Assembly (NCBI GenBank): GCA_964342815.1
Contig: CAYFHS010000001.1
Location: 243,849-307,848 of the forward strand
Direction: 5' to 3'
DNA length: 64,000 nucleotides
Origin: an uncultured archaeon
Lineage (GTDB): Archaea; Thermoplasmatota; Penumbrarchaeia; JASLWR01
Positions within the stretch are counted from its first letter, which is position 1. Each line of letters starts with the position of its first letter. The notes beneath the pieces were generated by a model, which ran no database searches, was not told where the DNA came from, and worked only from the letters and a program-made list of their open reading frames with translations. This document shows, piece by piece, positions 52,945-62,024 of the stretch. Position numbers and translations under genes: made by a program.

Positions 52945-53310
52945 AAATGTGGGATCCGTCTTCACTTGACAAGACGGAGGCTACTGGCCCTTCTTGGCAT
53001 GTTAGAAGTGCCAGTATGGTACGTCTTTACTTGTAAAGTCAGGAACATTTGGACTGACTTCTTGGTAAAGGTGTCCCGTACCGGGCCCTATTACTTGTTC
53101 AGCCAAGCCCATAGGTCTTGGCTTCTCAAGTACGATGTGCCAGAATGGGTCGGCTTTTCACGTAAAGCCAGGAACATTTGGACTGTCTTCTTGGTAAAGT
53201 TGAACCAGAATGGGACGGCTTTACACGTAAAGTCAGGCACATTTGGACTGACTTCTTGGTAAAGTTGAACCAGAATGGGACGGCTTTACACGACAAGTCA
53301 CCACCTGTCC
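52945..53310 (+). repeat. 65-bp-period non-coding repeat array with hairpins
   Basis: Unit starts 52967, 53032, 53097, 53161, 53226, 53291; the 53161 and 53226 units are near-identical and the others align mostly without gaps. Confidence 0.85.
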
Positions 53311-53580
53311 TGTGCGGTGAGTCCACTGCGTTCCGATGCCCGCGTTGCTTCGGTGAATAGAAATTCACCTGCCTCCTCGGCCAACTAACTGTTGGCCGGG
53401 ACCGAAACGTTCCCAAAAGGAATGTTTCCAGTATCGGAACATTACCCCCAGGATGCATTGGAAATGCATCTTCTCTCGTAGCTTTGCTTTGCGAGGGTGT
53501 AGCAGAGCCCAGGGGGTCTGCATAGCAAAGCGGACACCCTCAGGAGCAAGCTCCTTACGGGAGCCGCTAGGGTCACCTTC
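53298..53580 (+). ncRNA. Candidate structured RNA downstream of the 65-bp array
   Basis: Long-range helix 53330-37/53433-40 enclosing hairpins 53352-69, 53378-98 and 53404-28; further stems 53452-70, 53473-97, 53494-540. Confidence 0.45.
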
Positions 53581-53774
53581 ACCACACAATGAAAGCAAAA
53601 CCGCATAATTATTATGTGATTTTAAAGAGATTATTTGGAACAATCGTCAGGGAGGGAATAAAATTTGTCGGCAAGCCTGCGGCTGCTTATAATTATGATT
53701 TTAATACCGCATATATCATCGGCTGAAAATTATTATTCAATTACTTTTAAATATTTCAAAGGCCTTCTGGGGGT

Positions 53775-54194
53775 TTGGTGGAATTTATGGACCATGTAGC
53801 TGAATATAATAGAAATCCTTTAAGTAAGATGGTCACAGGCACCAGGAAGGCTGCCGTACATTTTCTTAAAAAAATGGAACCGCCCTTCGAGAGTATAGGT
53901 GAGGATGATACGCTATACATGACCACGAGGGATGGAATAACCATTGCGAAGGCCGAGGTTGAAAAGGTTGAGAACTTCAAGGATTTGGACCCCGAGAAGG
54001 CGAAACAGATTATCACCGAGCATAAGGATGAGATTTCGCCAACACAGATCATGCTCGAAAGAGATATTTACAGAAAGTATCTTACCATCATATGGTTAAA
54101 GAACCTTCAGGAGATGGCCCCTTTTACAATATCTCCGAAATATAAACACCAGCATTGGGTATCAGTGGAAGATATAAACAAAATACGACGTTAA
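53775..54194 (+). CDS. Hypothetical protein, tentatively ASCH/PUA-like
   Basis: MDHV..Y...KMVTGTRK...IGEDDTLY...AKAEVEKV...YLTIIWL...PF.I...W pattern. Confidence 0.5.
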   Translation: MVEFMDHVAEYNRNPLSKMVTGTRKAAVHFLKKMEPPFESIGEDDTLYMTTRDGITIAKAEVEKVENFKDLDPEKAKQIITEHKDEISPTQIMLERDIYRKYLTIIWLKNLQEMAPFTISPKYKHQHWVSVEDINKIRR

Positions 54195-54249
54195 TCCACA
54201 AATTGTTACAACCGGTATGCAAAAGAATTTTAAGACCTTGTAGTTTTTA

Positions 54250-54873
54250 TTATTTGCACTGTATCAAATTAATCTTTTCGCATACCATTTTTTCTATATC
54301 AATCGGATCGGTTTTTATCTTTTCTGAGATTTGGATACCCGACATTGCCAGCAATTCGTCCCTTAATGGTTCATCGGAAACAATTTCTGGGCTTTTTTGA
54401 GGACCGGTTCCGGATATGATCCATTCTTCATTTAGTCCAAGACCGCGTATTAGTCTTCTCCCACCAGCTATTAGTGATTCTTTGTATCTTAGCTCGAAGT
54501 TTTTTCTGTAAGTGATAATGTTCTCCATGGAATAATCCCTTATCAATCCCTCCACTCCGGCCCGGGGTGATAGAAAGATTAGAAATCTTTTCGACCCTGT
54601 AGAAAGACCGAAATGATCCAAAGCGTCCTTGATCTGTCTTTGACCCGATAGCATTAACAGGATTTCCAAAGTAAAGGTTCTAGCAAAATTTTCCCCATAT
54701 GCAAAATTCTTTACGGCATTAATAAATGCAGTATCGAGATGCCTCCTTCCAAGGACTGACCCATAGGTTAAACACTGTGTAAAAAGTCCCTCCTCCCTTC
54801 CTTTAATATCCAGTGCCGGTAGGAAAGAGGTCGTATCTAAGGAATCTCCACATACCGAACTTAAAATATACAA
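54250..54873 (-). CDS. cgi121: KEOPS complex subunit Cgi121
   Basis: ARTFTLEILLMLSGQRQIKDALDHFGL motif. Confidence 0.75.
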   Translation of the reverse strand: MYILSSVCGDSLDTTSFLPALDIKGREEGLFTQCLTYGSVLGRRHLDTAFINAVKNFAYGENFARTFTLEILLMLSGQRQIKDALDHFGLSTGSKRFLIFLSPRAGVEGLIRDYSMENIITYRKNFELRYKESLIAGGRRLIRGLGLNEEWIISGTGPQKSPEIVSDEPLRDELLAMSGIQISEKIKTDPIDIEKMVCEKINLIQCK

Positions 54874-54962
54874 AAGATCACTTCCTCAAAAGGCAGGGGT
54901 AGGGTGACCTGATCGGATTGACCGCAAGTGTTTGAAGGGTAGGGTCCAACAGTTTGGCTCGG

Positions 54963-57900
54963 TCATCCGAGTTTGTGTCCGCACCACAGGCAGAACATGG
55001 CTTTTTCGGGTACATCCTGTCCGCATTTCGGACATTTCCCCTCAGGAATCTCTTCCTCTTCCATTTCCTCCAGTGGTTTTTGGAAATAATCCCTTACGAA
55101 CACCTCGTTATCGAGGGCGAATGCCACGTATTCCTGACTGCGCTCAATACCTGTTGTAATCTTATCGAACATGGAAACGGCCATGGCCTTTCGTATGCTG
55201 TCCCGGGCGATCTCCCGGACCTTGTCATAGTCCTTGCTTTCAAGCATTTCTTCCACCGTGGAAAATATTTCCTGGGCTTCCGAAATGTCCACACCGTTAC
55301 CGCTCAGCTCATCCAGCTTTGTTCTGACATTGTCCACAACTGCAGAGGCTGCTCTCAGTTCCTTCTGTTGAATTGCCATCAACTGGGCCTCTTCGGCATA
55401 ATCAAGGCTATCTTGATATTTCCCCTCCTTGAAGGCCTTCATGGCTGACTTGTATTGTCCTGTTGGTTCCTTGACGTCCGCCTTAATGGCCTTTGCGGCT
55501 TCAATGACCGTTTTCGCAGCTCTCACGGCATCTCTAGCAATATTGGAGAGTTTGTCCACCTTGTATCGATCTACATTTGCACCTATTGTAGCACAAATGT
55601 CGATGACCATCTGGTATTCTCGGTCCTCAAATGCCTCCGAAGCATCCATCAAGGTGGCGTTCATGTCGCTAACATCCATGCCGTCCCGCAGACCGTCCCT
55701 TATTATATCTCCAGCGTATGCCAGCACATTTGCTGCTTCGATGACCAGTGCAGCATGCTTTGATTTATCCCCCATTGCCCTGGCGCTTTTGTTCAGTTCC
55801 TCGCATTTTTCGAAATCGTTTTCTTTAAGTGCCTCTTCCGCTTCCTTAAGCAATACTTGGGGTCTGCTGATATCCACCTTATCGGACATCTCTTCAAGGT
55901 ATTCCCTGGTTGCCTTGAGCTTTTCGGTCAAAAGACTGTGGTAATGCTTGGTATACCGGTCCTTCAATATCTCCTTTGCCTCTTTTGCAATGTATTGAGC
56001 TTCCGGAAATTTTTTCTTCGTTATCAGGGTTTCCACTGGCTGGAGTTTGACAACAATGTCGCTGGTATCAACTCCGAATTCTTCCAGGTCTTTCAAATAT
56101 CTATTGCAGTCTTCCAGGATTGTCCCTACGGTTCCCTTCTTGAAATCGTCCCTGAACCTTGCAGCGATAACCTTTGCCTCCTTTGCAAGTTCAAAGGCCG
56201 CTGCAACCTCCTCTTCTTCCACATTTTGGGCAACTTGGGTAAGAACCTTCTCCAGCTCGGCAACATCTTTTCCCTTTACCTTCAGTTTTTCAGCCAATGC
56301 AGTTGCTACCTTTTGGTTCTTCTCGGTTTCGTCCTTCATGTAGGTGATCCTTGACTCCTTGGTTATCTCCTGGGCTTCATTGGAATGCTCAATGGCCAGC
56401 GGGTACTCCTTTTTTTCCAGTGCCGCCTTTGCCTTCGTGAACATTTCTTGAGCCTGTGAAACGTTGGCACCCAGGTTCTTCACCTCTAAAAGGAAATCGT
56501 GGGTTGCCAAGAGAGAATCGATAACATAGTGATAATACAGGCGATCTGCCTGAGAATGTGCCTCTTCCGCCAGATTCTCCACCGAATCGAAATCCTTTTC
56601 CTTCAATTTTTCAGTAGCCGAATTCAAAAGATCAGTGGAGCCCGTAAGATTCACTTTTCCACCGGTAACCTCTACAATCTCTGACAGGAAATCGGCCATC
56701 TCCTTTACCATATCCTGACATTTTAACTGCCGGAAATCCTCCCAGAGCGCGTCCCCGGTAACAAAAGCCCTCTCGATCACTTCTAATGACTCTCGGTAGC
56801 GGGAACTCTCGATCAGGACGGTCGCTTCCTCCAGAAGACTTCTTGCCTCCATAATATTACAGCCCTCTTCCTCCATTGCCTCAAGCTTCTTCGATGCCTC
56901 GTCCCTCCTGCCGATGGCCTTATCCTTGAAATCCCCGGTAATCTTGGCGCCTATGGTTTCCCTTATGGCTCTCAATGAATCTATGGCATCGTAGAATTTC
57001 CCCTCATCCTTCAAAGCCGAAGCCGAGGCGATGGCTTCCTTTTCCGGCTGAATATCAATCGAGAGATTTTTCGCCTCGCCCATACCAGTTCGTAGAAACG
57101 AGATCTCCTCCTTGATTATCTCTTTCAATTTGGCATCCAACAGCTCTTTCAATGGTATCTTTGCATTATCGGATACCTCTCGGGCTTTTACGTAATCTTC
57201 CTGCTCGAAAAATCCGAGGCTCTCAGTCTGCATTTCGATTATTGGTCCGTGCTCTATCTCCAACCTGACAGCTTCATCCATCATTTCTTTGAGTTCGGTT
57301 GCGGAAACCGCGGCTTTCTCCTTTAAAAATTCCTTTTTGTTCTCGAGAGCCATATCCATGGCCTTCAAAGCCTGTTCCTTTGACTTGTCGTAATTCTCCC
57401 TCTCGAAGGCCGTCTTTGATTTGAACAGAAGCGCCTGGGGACGCATGACATCCACACCAAGCTCTTCACATTCCTCGACGATTTCCAGAAAATCGCCGAA
57501 TATATGTTTTATCTCATTAACCAGTTTATCCCTTTTCCCACCTTGGACCAAAATAATGATTTCTTGGGAGGTCTCCATGGATTTATCATATTCGCTATTG
57601 GTGATAAGTTCCCCTGCTGTCACAATGAGTACTTCAATGGAAGCGGGGTCGGGGTAAAGTTCTTTAAATGGTTCGTAAATGTTTTTTGCTTTCTCTAGCT
57701 CAGCCAATGCGTTCTCCTTTCGTTTTGCATCGATCTTGGAACTAAACAGAGCTTCAATTTCCTGAAAGACGACAATAGCTTCTTCGAACATATAATCGGT
57801 CATTCGTTCTGAGGCTTCATTTAAGAGTGTCTCCTCATTTCCAATATCGATCTCCAGCTCTATGGCTGATTGCTTAAGCACGTTGGTCTTTTCGGAATAC

Positions 57901-60083
57901 GCCCGGGCTTCTTCAAATTTCTCCGTCTGACCTTTAATCTCCTCTTTCATCTCCTCAAAGACGCCCATCTTGTTCTGAGCTTCCTGGAGATTACCGGCTT
58001 CGAGAAGCACTTTTGCATCTTCGATCAGTTTTTTTACCTCTTCCTTGTGGGAATCGGCAAAATATTCTATAATCTCGAATCCGGCATAGAATTGAAATGC
58101 CGTGTCGATATCAGTAGCCAACACTTCGCTTAGATATTTTTGATTGATCTCCTCCAGCGTTTTCTTCGTACCCAGAAGTGTTAGACAACCTTTCACGAAA
58201 TCCTGGGATTTGATGGACAATATCCCCTGTTTAAATGTATCTTTTGCCTTGCCCAGTTCAACTCCGGCGCTGTTAAGCGTGTTATAAAGTCCCTTTGTGG
58301 AACCCAGCAGTTGGCTTGCAAGCCTTCTTGCTTCAACGCTCTTTGCGTTATTGATCATCTCGCTTAAGAGGGGTATGAATTCCTCTACTTTTTCAAAATC
58401 GTTGGCAACTATGTTCTCATTGATATTTCCCAGCATTTCCTCGCCTGGGCCAATCTCTAAACCGATCTCCTTGATGACCGTTATATCCGCTTCCATTTCA
58501 TTAGCCTGCAGAGAGTATTTTTCGAAAAGGAAAGAATTTCTCTCATTCTCGATCCCAAGCGTAAACTCTCTTATGAGCGCTTCTATTTGGTCGAAGTTGT
58601 TTTCGTCCAGTAACTGCTTAATGTTATCAATTTGTTCATGCAGTTCTGGAAATTCTTTCCCCGTTAAGGTTTTTAGTGAATCCAAAGAACTATTGGCATC
58701 TTCAAGTTGTTGGGTGAATTTGTCCTTTAATTGTTTGTTAATCTTGACCGAAAGTGAGGTTTTTATTTCCATCAGATTATTGTAAGCCTCCTTGCGACGC
58801 TCTTCTTTTCGAAGTTCCTCCACCTTTTCGAGAGCGCTGACCTCCTCGGATATATCGGCTTCTAAAGATCTTGCTTTTTCCATGATCTCGGGAAGGGTCG
58901 AAAGTTCATTGGTGATTACTTCTGCCAATCTGTTTTTTATTTGCGGATTTAGTACCAACGCGGCCTGTTCTGAGAATTCTTTGACCCTCACCACGAAATC
59001 CTCGATCTTTTTAAATTCTTTATTCTCAAGGCTGGCTTTGTATTTGTTGAACGGGTCTTCAAATATGCTGACATCGATCCCCACATCGCGTGCCTGGTTA
59101 ATCAAGTCCCCGACACCTGTCAGAGAAAGCGAGGCATTTTCGAAGAAGTATTTTTCTTCCGCACTCTCAAGCATTTTCTTGACATTGTTCGTCAATTGGG
59201 CGCCTTTGATATATTCCTCCGATTTGATGGCCAGGATCGCTTCTTTGAATAATTCCTTCTCCTCTTCAAGAGCAAGGCCGTATCCTTTCACCTTTCCGAA
59301 AAGAGTTCTGGTGGTAGTTATCAGGTCCTTCGCAATATTTTTCATCCGTTCTCCCTTTGCCGCCGCCGCCAAGGCCGCTCGGATCATGGAGAGATCGGTG
59401 ACCGGCGCGGCTGCTGGTGTTGAATCTGGTTCTTCCGCTGGTGCGGGCACGGTTTCAGCAGTTTCATCACTCTTCTCCGGAGATCCCTGGTCTTCTATTG
59501 CCGCGGGTTCCACAGGTGCAGACCCTTGGGGCTCCTCCGTTTCTTCTTCCTCTCCTGATTCCGGTGTTGCTTCTGTTGCCGAGGATTCCACAGGTGCAGA
59601 TCCTTGGGGCTCCTCCGTTTCCGGTGCCGTTTCTTCTTCCTCTCCTGATTCCGGTATTGCTTCTGTTGCCGTGGATTCCACGGGTGCAGATCCTTGGGGC
59701 TCCTCCGTTTCCGGTACAGTTTCTTTTTCCTCTTCTGATTCCGGTATTGTTTCTGTTGCTGTGGGTTCGGGGGGTGCTGACTCTACTGGACCCGTTTCCG
59801 GTAGAACTCCCTCTTCCTCCGGTGACTCTTGAAGGGGTTCTTCTGTTGTGGCTTCTACCGATAACTCTTCTGTCTCAGTAACTGGTGCTTCATCAGGAAG
59901 TTCTTGTTTTGTCTGTGGTATCGGTGTTTCTTCCGGTGGGAGCTCAGCAGGTTCTTCCTGCGGAGGCTCTTGGTCCGGTTCCGCAATAGGTGCTGTCGAC
60001 GGTGTAGCAACCCCTTTTTCCTCGGGTTCGCTCATCTCTTTTTCGTTGACACGATTAGTGTTCTCCAATTCTTCATCCCCCAT
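54963..60083 (-). CDS. Giant helical-repeat protein (1706 aa) with acidic Pro-rich N-terminus and C-terminal double zinc ribbon
   Basis: E/K/A/L-rich helical repeats; CPKCG...FCLWCG at the C-terminus. Confidence 0.88.
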   Translation of the reverse strand: MGDEELENTNRVNEKEMSEPEEKGVATPSTAPIAEPDQEPPQEEPAELPPEETPIPQTKQELPDEAPVTETEELSVEATTEEPLQESPEEEGVLPETGPVESAPPEPTATETIPESEEEKETVPETEEPQGSAPVESTATEAIPESGEEEETAPETEEPQGSAPVESSATEATPESGEEEETEEPQGSAPVEPAAIEDQGSPEKSDETAETVPAPAEEPDSTPAAAPVTDLSMIRAALAAAAKGERMKNIAKDLITTTRTLFGKVKGYGLALEEEKELFKEAILAIKSEEYIKGAQLTNNVKKMLESAEEKYFFENASLSLTGVGDLINQARDVGIDVSIFEDPFNKYKASLENKEFKKIEDFVVRVKEFSEQAALVLNPQIKNRLAEVITNELSTLPEIMEKARSLEADISEEVSALEKVEELRKEERRKEAYNNLMEIKTSLSVKINKQLKDKFTQQLEDANSSLDSLKTLTGKEFPELHEQIDNIKQLLDENNFDQIEALIREFTLGIENERNSFLFEKYSLQANEMEADITVIKEIGLEIGPGEEMLGNINENIVANDFEKVEEFIPLLSEMINNAKSVEARRLASQLLGSTKGLYNTLNSAGVELGKAKDTFKQGILSIKSQDFVKGCLTLLGTKKTLEEINQKYLSEVLATDIDTAFQFYAGFEIIEYFADSHKEEVKKLIEDAKVLLEAGNLQEAQNKMGVFEEMKEEIKGQTEKFEEARAYSEKTNVLKQSAIELEIDIGNEETLLNEASERMTDYMFEEAIVVFQEIEALFSSKIDAKRKENALAELEKAKNIYEPFKELYPDPASIEVLIVTAGELITNSEYDKSMETSQEIIILVQGGKRDKLVNEIKHIFGDFLEIVEECEELGVDVMRPQALLFKSKTAFERENYDKSKEQALKAMDMALENKKEFLKEKAAVSATELKEMMDEAVRLEIEHGPIIEMQTESLGFFEQEDYVKAREVSDNAKIPLKELLDAKLKEIIKEEISFLRTGMGEAKNLSIDIQPEKEAIASASALKDEGKFYDAIDSLRAIRETIGAKITGDFKDKAIGRRDEASKKLEAMEEEGCNIMEARSLLEEATVLIESSRYRESLEVIERAFVTGDALWEDFRQLKCQDMVKEMADFLSEIVEVTGGKVNLTGSTDLLNSATEKLKEKDFDSVENLAEEAHSQADRLYYHYVIDSLLATHDFLLEVKNLGANVSQAQEMFTKAKAALEKKEYPLAIEHSNEAQEITKESRITYMKDETEKNQKVATALAEKLKVKGKDVAELEKVLTQVAQNVEEEEVAAAFELAKEAKVIAARFRDDFKKGTVGTILEDCNRYLKDLEEFGVDTSDIVVKLQPVETLITKKKFPEAQYIAKEAKEILKDRYTKHYHSLLTEKLKATREYLEEMSDKVDISRPQVLLKEAEEALKENDFEKCEELNKSARAMGDKSKHAALVIEAANVLAYAGDIIRDGLRDGMDVSDMNATLMDASEAFEDREYQMVIDICATIGANVDRYKVDKLSNIARDAVRAAKTVIEAAKAIKADVKEPTGQYKSAMKAFKEGKYQDSLDYAEEAQLMAIQQKELRAASAVVDNVRTKLDELSGNGVDISEAQEIFSTVEEMLESKDYDKVREIARDSIRKAMAVSMFDKITTGIERSQEYVAFALDNEVFVRDYFQKPLEEMEEEEIPEGKCPKCGQDVPEKAMFCLWCGHKLG
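59505..59770 (-). repeat. ~90-bp coding tandem repeat (about 3 units, EEPQGSAPVES..TE..PES)
   Basis: Repeated gg(t)gcagatccttggggctcctccgtttc. Confidence 0.85.
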
Positions 60084-60086
60084 GAT

Positions 60087-62021
60087 TTATTCCTCCTTTT
60101 TCTTGAGTTCTTCCAGGTTTGCCACCAGATCGCTGGGAAGGTCGATTCCGAGAGCTTTCATCTCCGCTATCATTTCTTCCAATTGCATGATCTCGGTTCG
60201 GTACTGATCCCGGCGATAGTTATTCAAATGTTCCTCTTTAGATTTTGCGAAACTTTCGAGTATTTTATCCAAAGCCAAGTAATCCTCGGATTCCAGCACG
60301 TTCATTCCGGAATCGATGATTTCATCCAGATCGGGGTACCCTCTTTCCGTTTTGGCAGAAATTCCGGAGATTTCCTCCCTGGCTTTCTCGATCTTTTCAA
60401 TGTAAATCTCCTTGCGTCGCAGTGATATCTTTCGATCCACTGACCGTTTCAGTTCTTCGACATCGTTTATAACTTCACGGTATTTACCTTCTTTATTCAA
60501 TAATTCAATTTTAAGGAATTCTTCTATCTCTTCAGTGATATCCGCCCCAATGTCCTTGGCCTCTTCCATTTCATGCTGTATCGTGGGAAACTTCAATGCA
60601 ATTATATCCTGCAATTTACCATATATCGTTTCAGTCAGTTTTCCCATTGCTTCAACAGCTGTATTATTGGCCTTCTCAAGCTTGCCGCTGCCATGCAGCT
60701 CACTAACTATTTCGAATACTTTTTCGAAACGGGATATGTCAATATCAAGTTCCGCAGCTTCCTGAATCAGTTCACCAGCTTCCTCCAAAAGGGATTTGAC
60801 GTTTTTCACGTAGAAATCCTCGCGAGCATCCTTTACGGCTTTATCGGCTTCCACTGCCAGCCGGTAAGCATCGGCGTATTCGAGCTTCTCGAAGACGTAT
60901 TTTGCTTTGTATAGATATGCTTCGGATTTTAAGGTGTAGGCACCCATTTCCTCGTTTTCTATCAACGATTTTTCGATATTTATCAGAAGATTACTAAGCT
61001 CTTTAATTTGCTTGTTGCCCCTGGCTTCTTCGATTATCTGAATCGTTTCCGAGGATATCTCAAAGGCGTTCTTGTATTCACCAGCTTCGAATAGGGATTT
61101 TGCATTTTCCAGCCTCGCATCAATGTCTGAAAGATCAATATTATCCTGATTCGCTTCCATCAGTGCTTGTCCTTTTTCGATCCCCGTGCGAGCGTCTTCT
61201 ATCATTTTCTGCTCTATTTTATCTTCAAGGTTTTTCCCAGTTTCTTCCAGCATGGATAAGGCTTCCTCAACCTTCCGACATTCCAACAATTCATCGGCTT
61301 TTCCAAGCTTTTCAAGTTCCAGGGAGATGTCTATCGATCCGTCATTTGTCGTTTTTACAAGCTCGTTCACATTTTCGCGGAAGATTATAAATTCCTCTTT
61401 TTTCTGGAGGTTCAACTTAACAGCAGTCTCTTTTACCGTGTATTCGTTGAGTTTCATTATTGCTTTTTTGAATTCGTGGCAATTGTAGAGCGATTCTATC
61501 TCGTTTAATTCCTCTGCCATCATCCGTTTATTTTCTCCAGTAAATATGTTGCACAAAGTAATATCATTGAGAAAATTCCGGGGTCGTGCCAGGGATTTGG
61601 TTATATATTCCTTTTGCGATTTCTCCAGCATTGATTTTGTCTTCAGGGTCAATTGACAGCCTTTGATGTATTCCTTGTTCTTTATTGCCATGACAGCCTG
61701 TTTGAAGGTCTCCCTTTCCTTTGGAAGCTCCAATCCAAAATCTTTCAAGCGTGTGAATATGGATTTCGTGGTATTGATCATCTCTCTTGCGACGTTTTTC
61801 ATCTGGTCGCCTTTTGCAGCTTCCGCAAGAGCGCTCTTGATCCTGGAGATCCCATTCTCGGCTTTTTTAAATTCGTGCTCTACATTTTTTTCTGATACTG
61901 TTGCAGGTTCACCATTCGGCCCAACCACCCTAGGAGCTTCCGTAACATTATCTCCAGCAGTCGAACCCGGTTCATCCGGGGAACCTTCATCAACGGGAGA
62001 TTTCACTTCCTCATCGTCCAT
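60087..62021 (-). CDS. Helical-repeat protein, paralog of its neighbours
   Basis: Shares the FKQA...IK..EYIKGCQL motif; C-terminus similar to that of the upstream ORF. Confidence 0.85.
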   Translation of the reverse strand: MDDEEVKSPVDEGSPDEPGSTAGDNVTEAPRVVGPNGEPATVSEKNVEHEFKKAENGISRIKSALAEAAKGDQMKNVAREMINTTKSIFTRLKDFGLELPKERETFKQAVMAIKNKEYIKGCQLTLKTKSMLEKSQKEYITKSLARPRNFLNDITLCNIFTGENKRMMAEELNEIESLYNCHEFKKAIMKLNEYTVKETAVKLNLQKKEEFIIFRENVNELVKTTNDGSIDISLELEKLGKADELLECRKVEEALSMLEETGKNLEDKIEQKMIEDARTGIEKGQALMEANQDNIDLSDIDARLENAKSLFEAGEYKNAFEISSETIQIIEEARGNKQIKELSNLLINIEKSLIENEEMGAYTLKSEAYLYKAKYVFEKLEYADAYRLAVEADKAVKDAREDFYVKNVKSLLEEAGELIQEAAELDIDISRFEKVFEIVSELHGSGKLEKANNTAVEAMGKLTETIYGKLQDIIALKFPTIQHEMEEAKDIGADITEEIEEFLKIELLNKEGKYREVINDVEELKRSVDRKISLRRKEIYIEKIEKAREEISGISAKTERGYPDLDEIIDSGMNVLESEDYLALDKILESFAKSKEEHLNNYRRDQYRTEIMQLEEMIAEMKALGIDLPSDLVANLEELKKKEE

Positions 62022-62024
62022 GAT

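Noticed and set aside
52945-53310. CRISPR array
   Set aside because: The segments between repeats are homologous or identical rather than unique spacers, and no cas genes are present
53312-53580. Group II intron (GTGCG start, GAGCCG at ~53561)
   Set aside because: No domain V pairing or domain VI, and no reverse transcriptase
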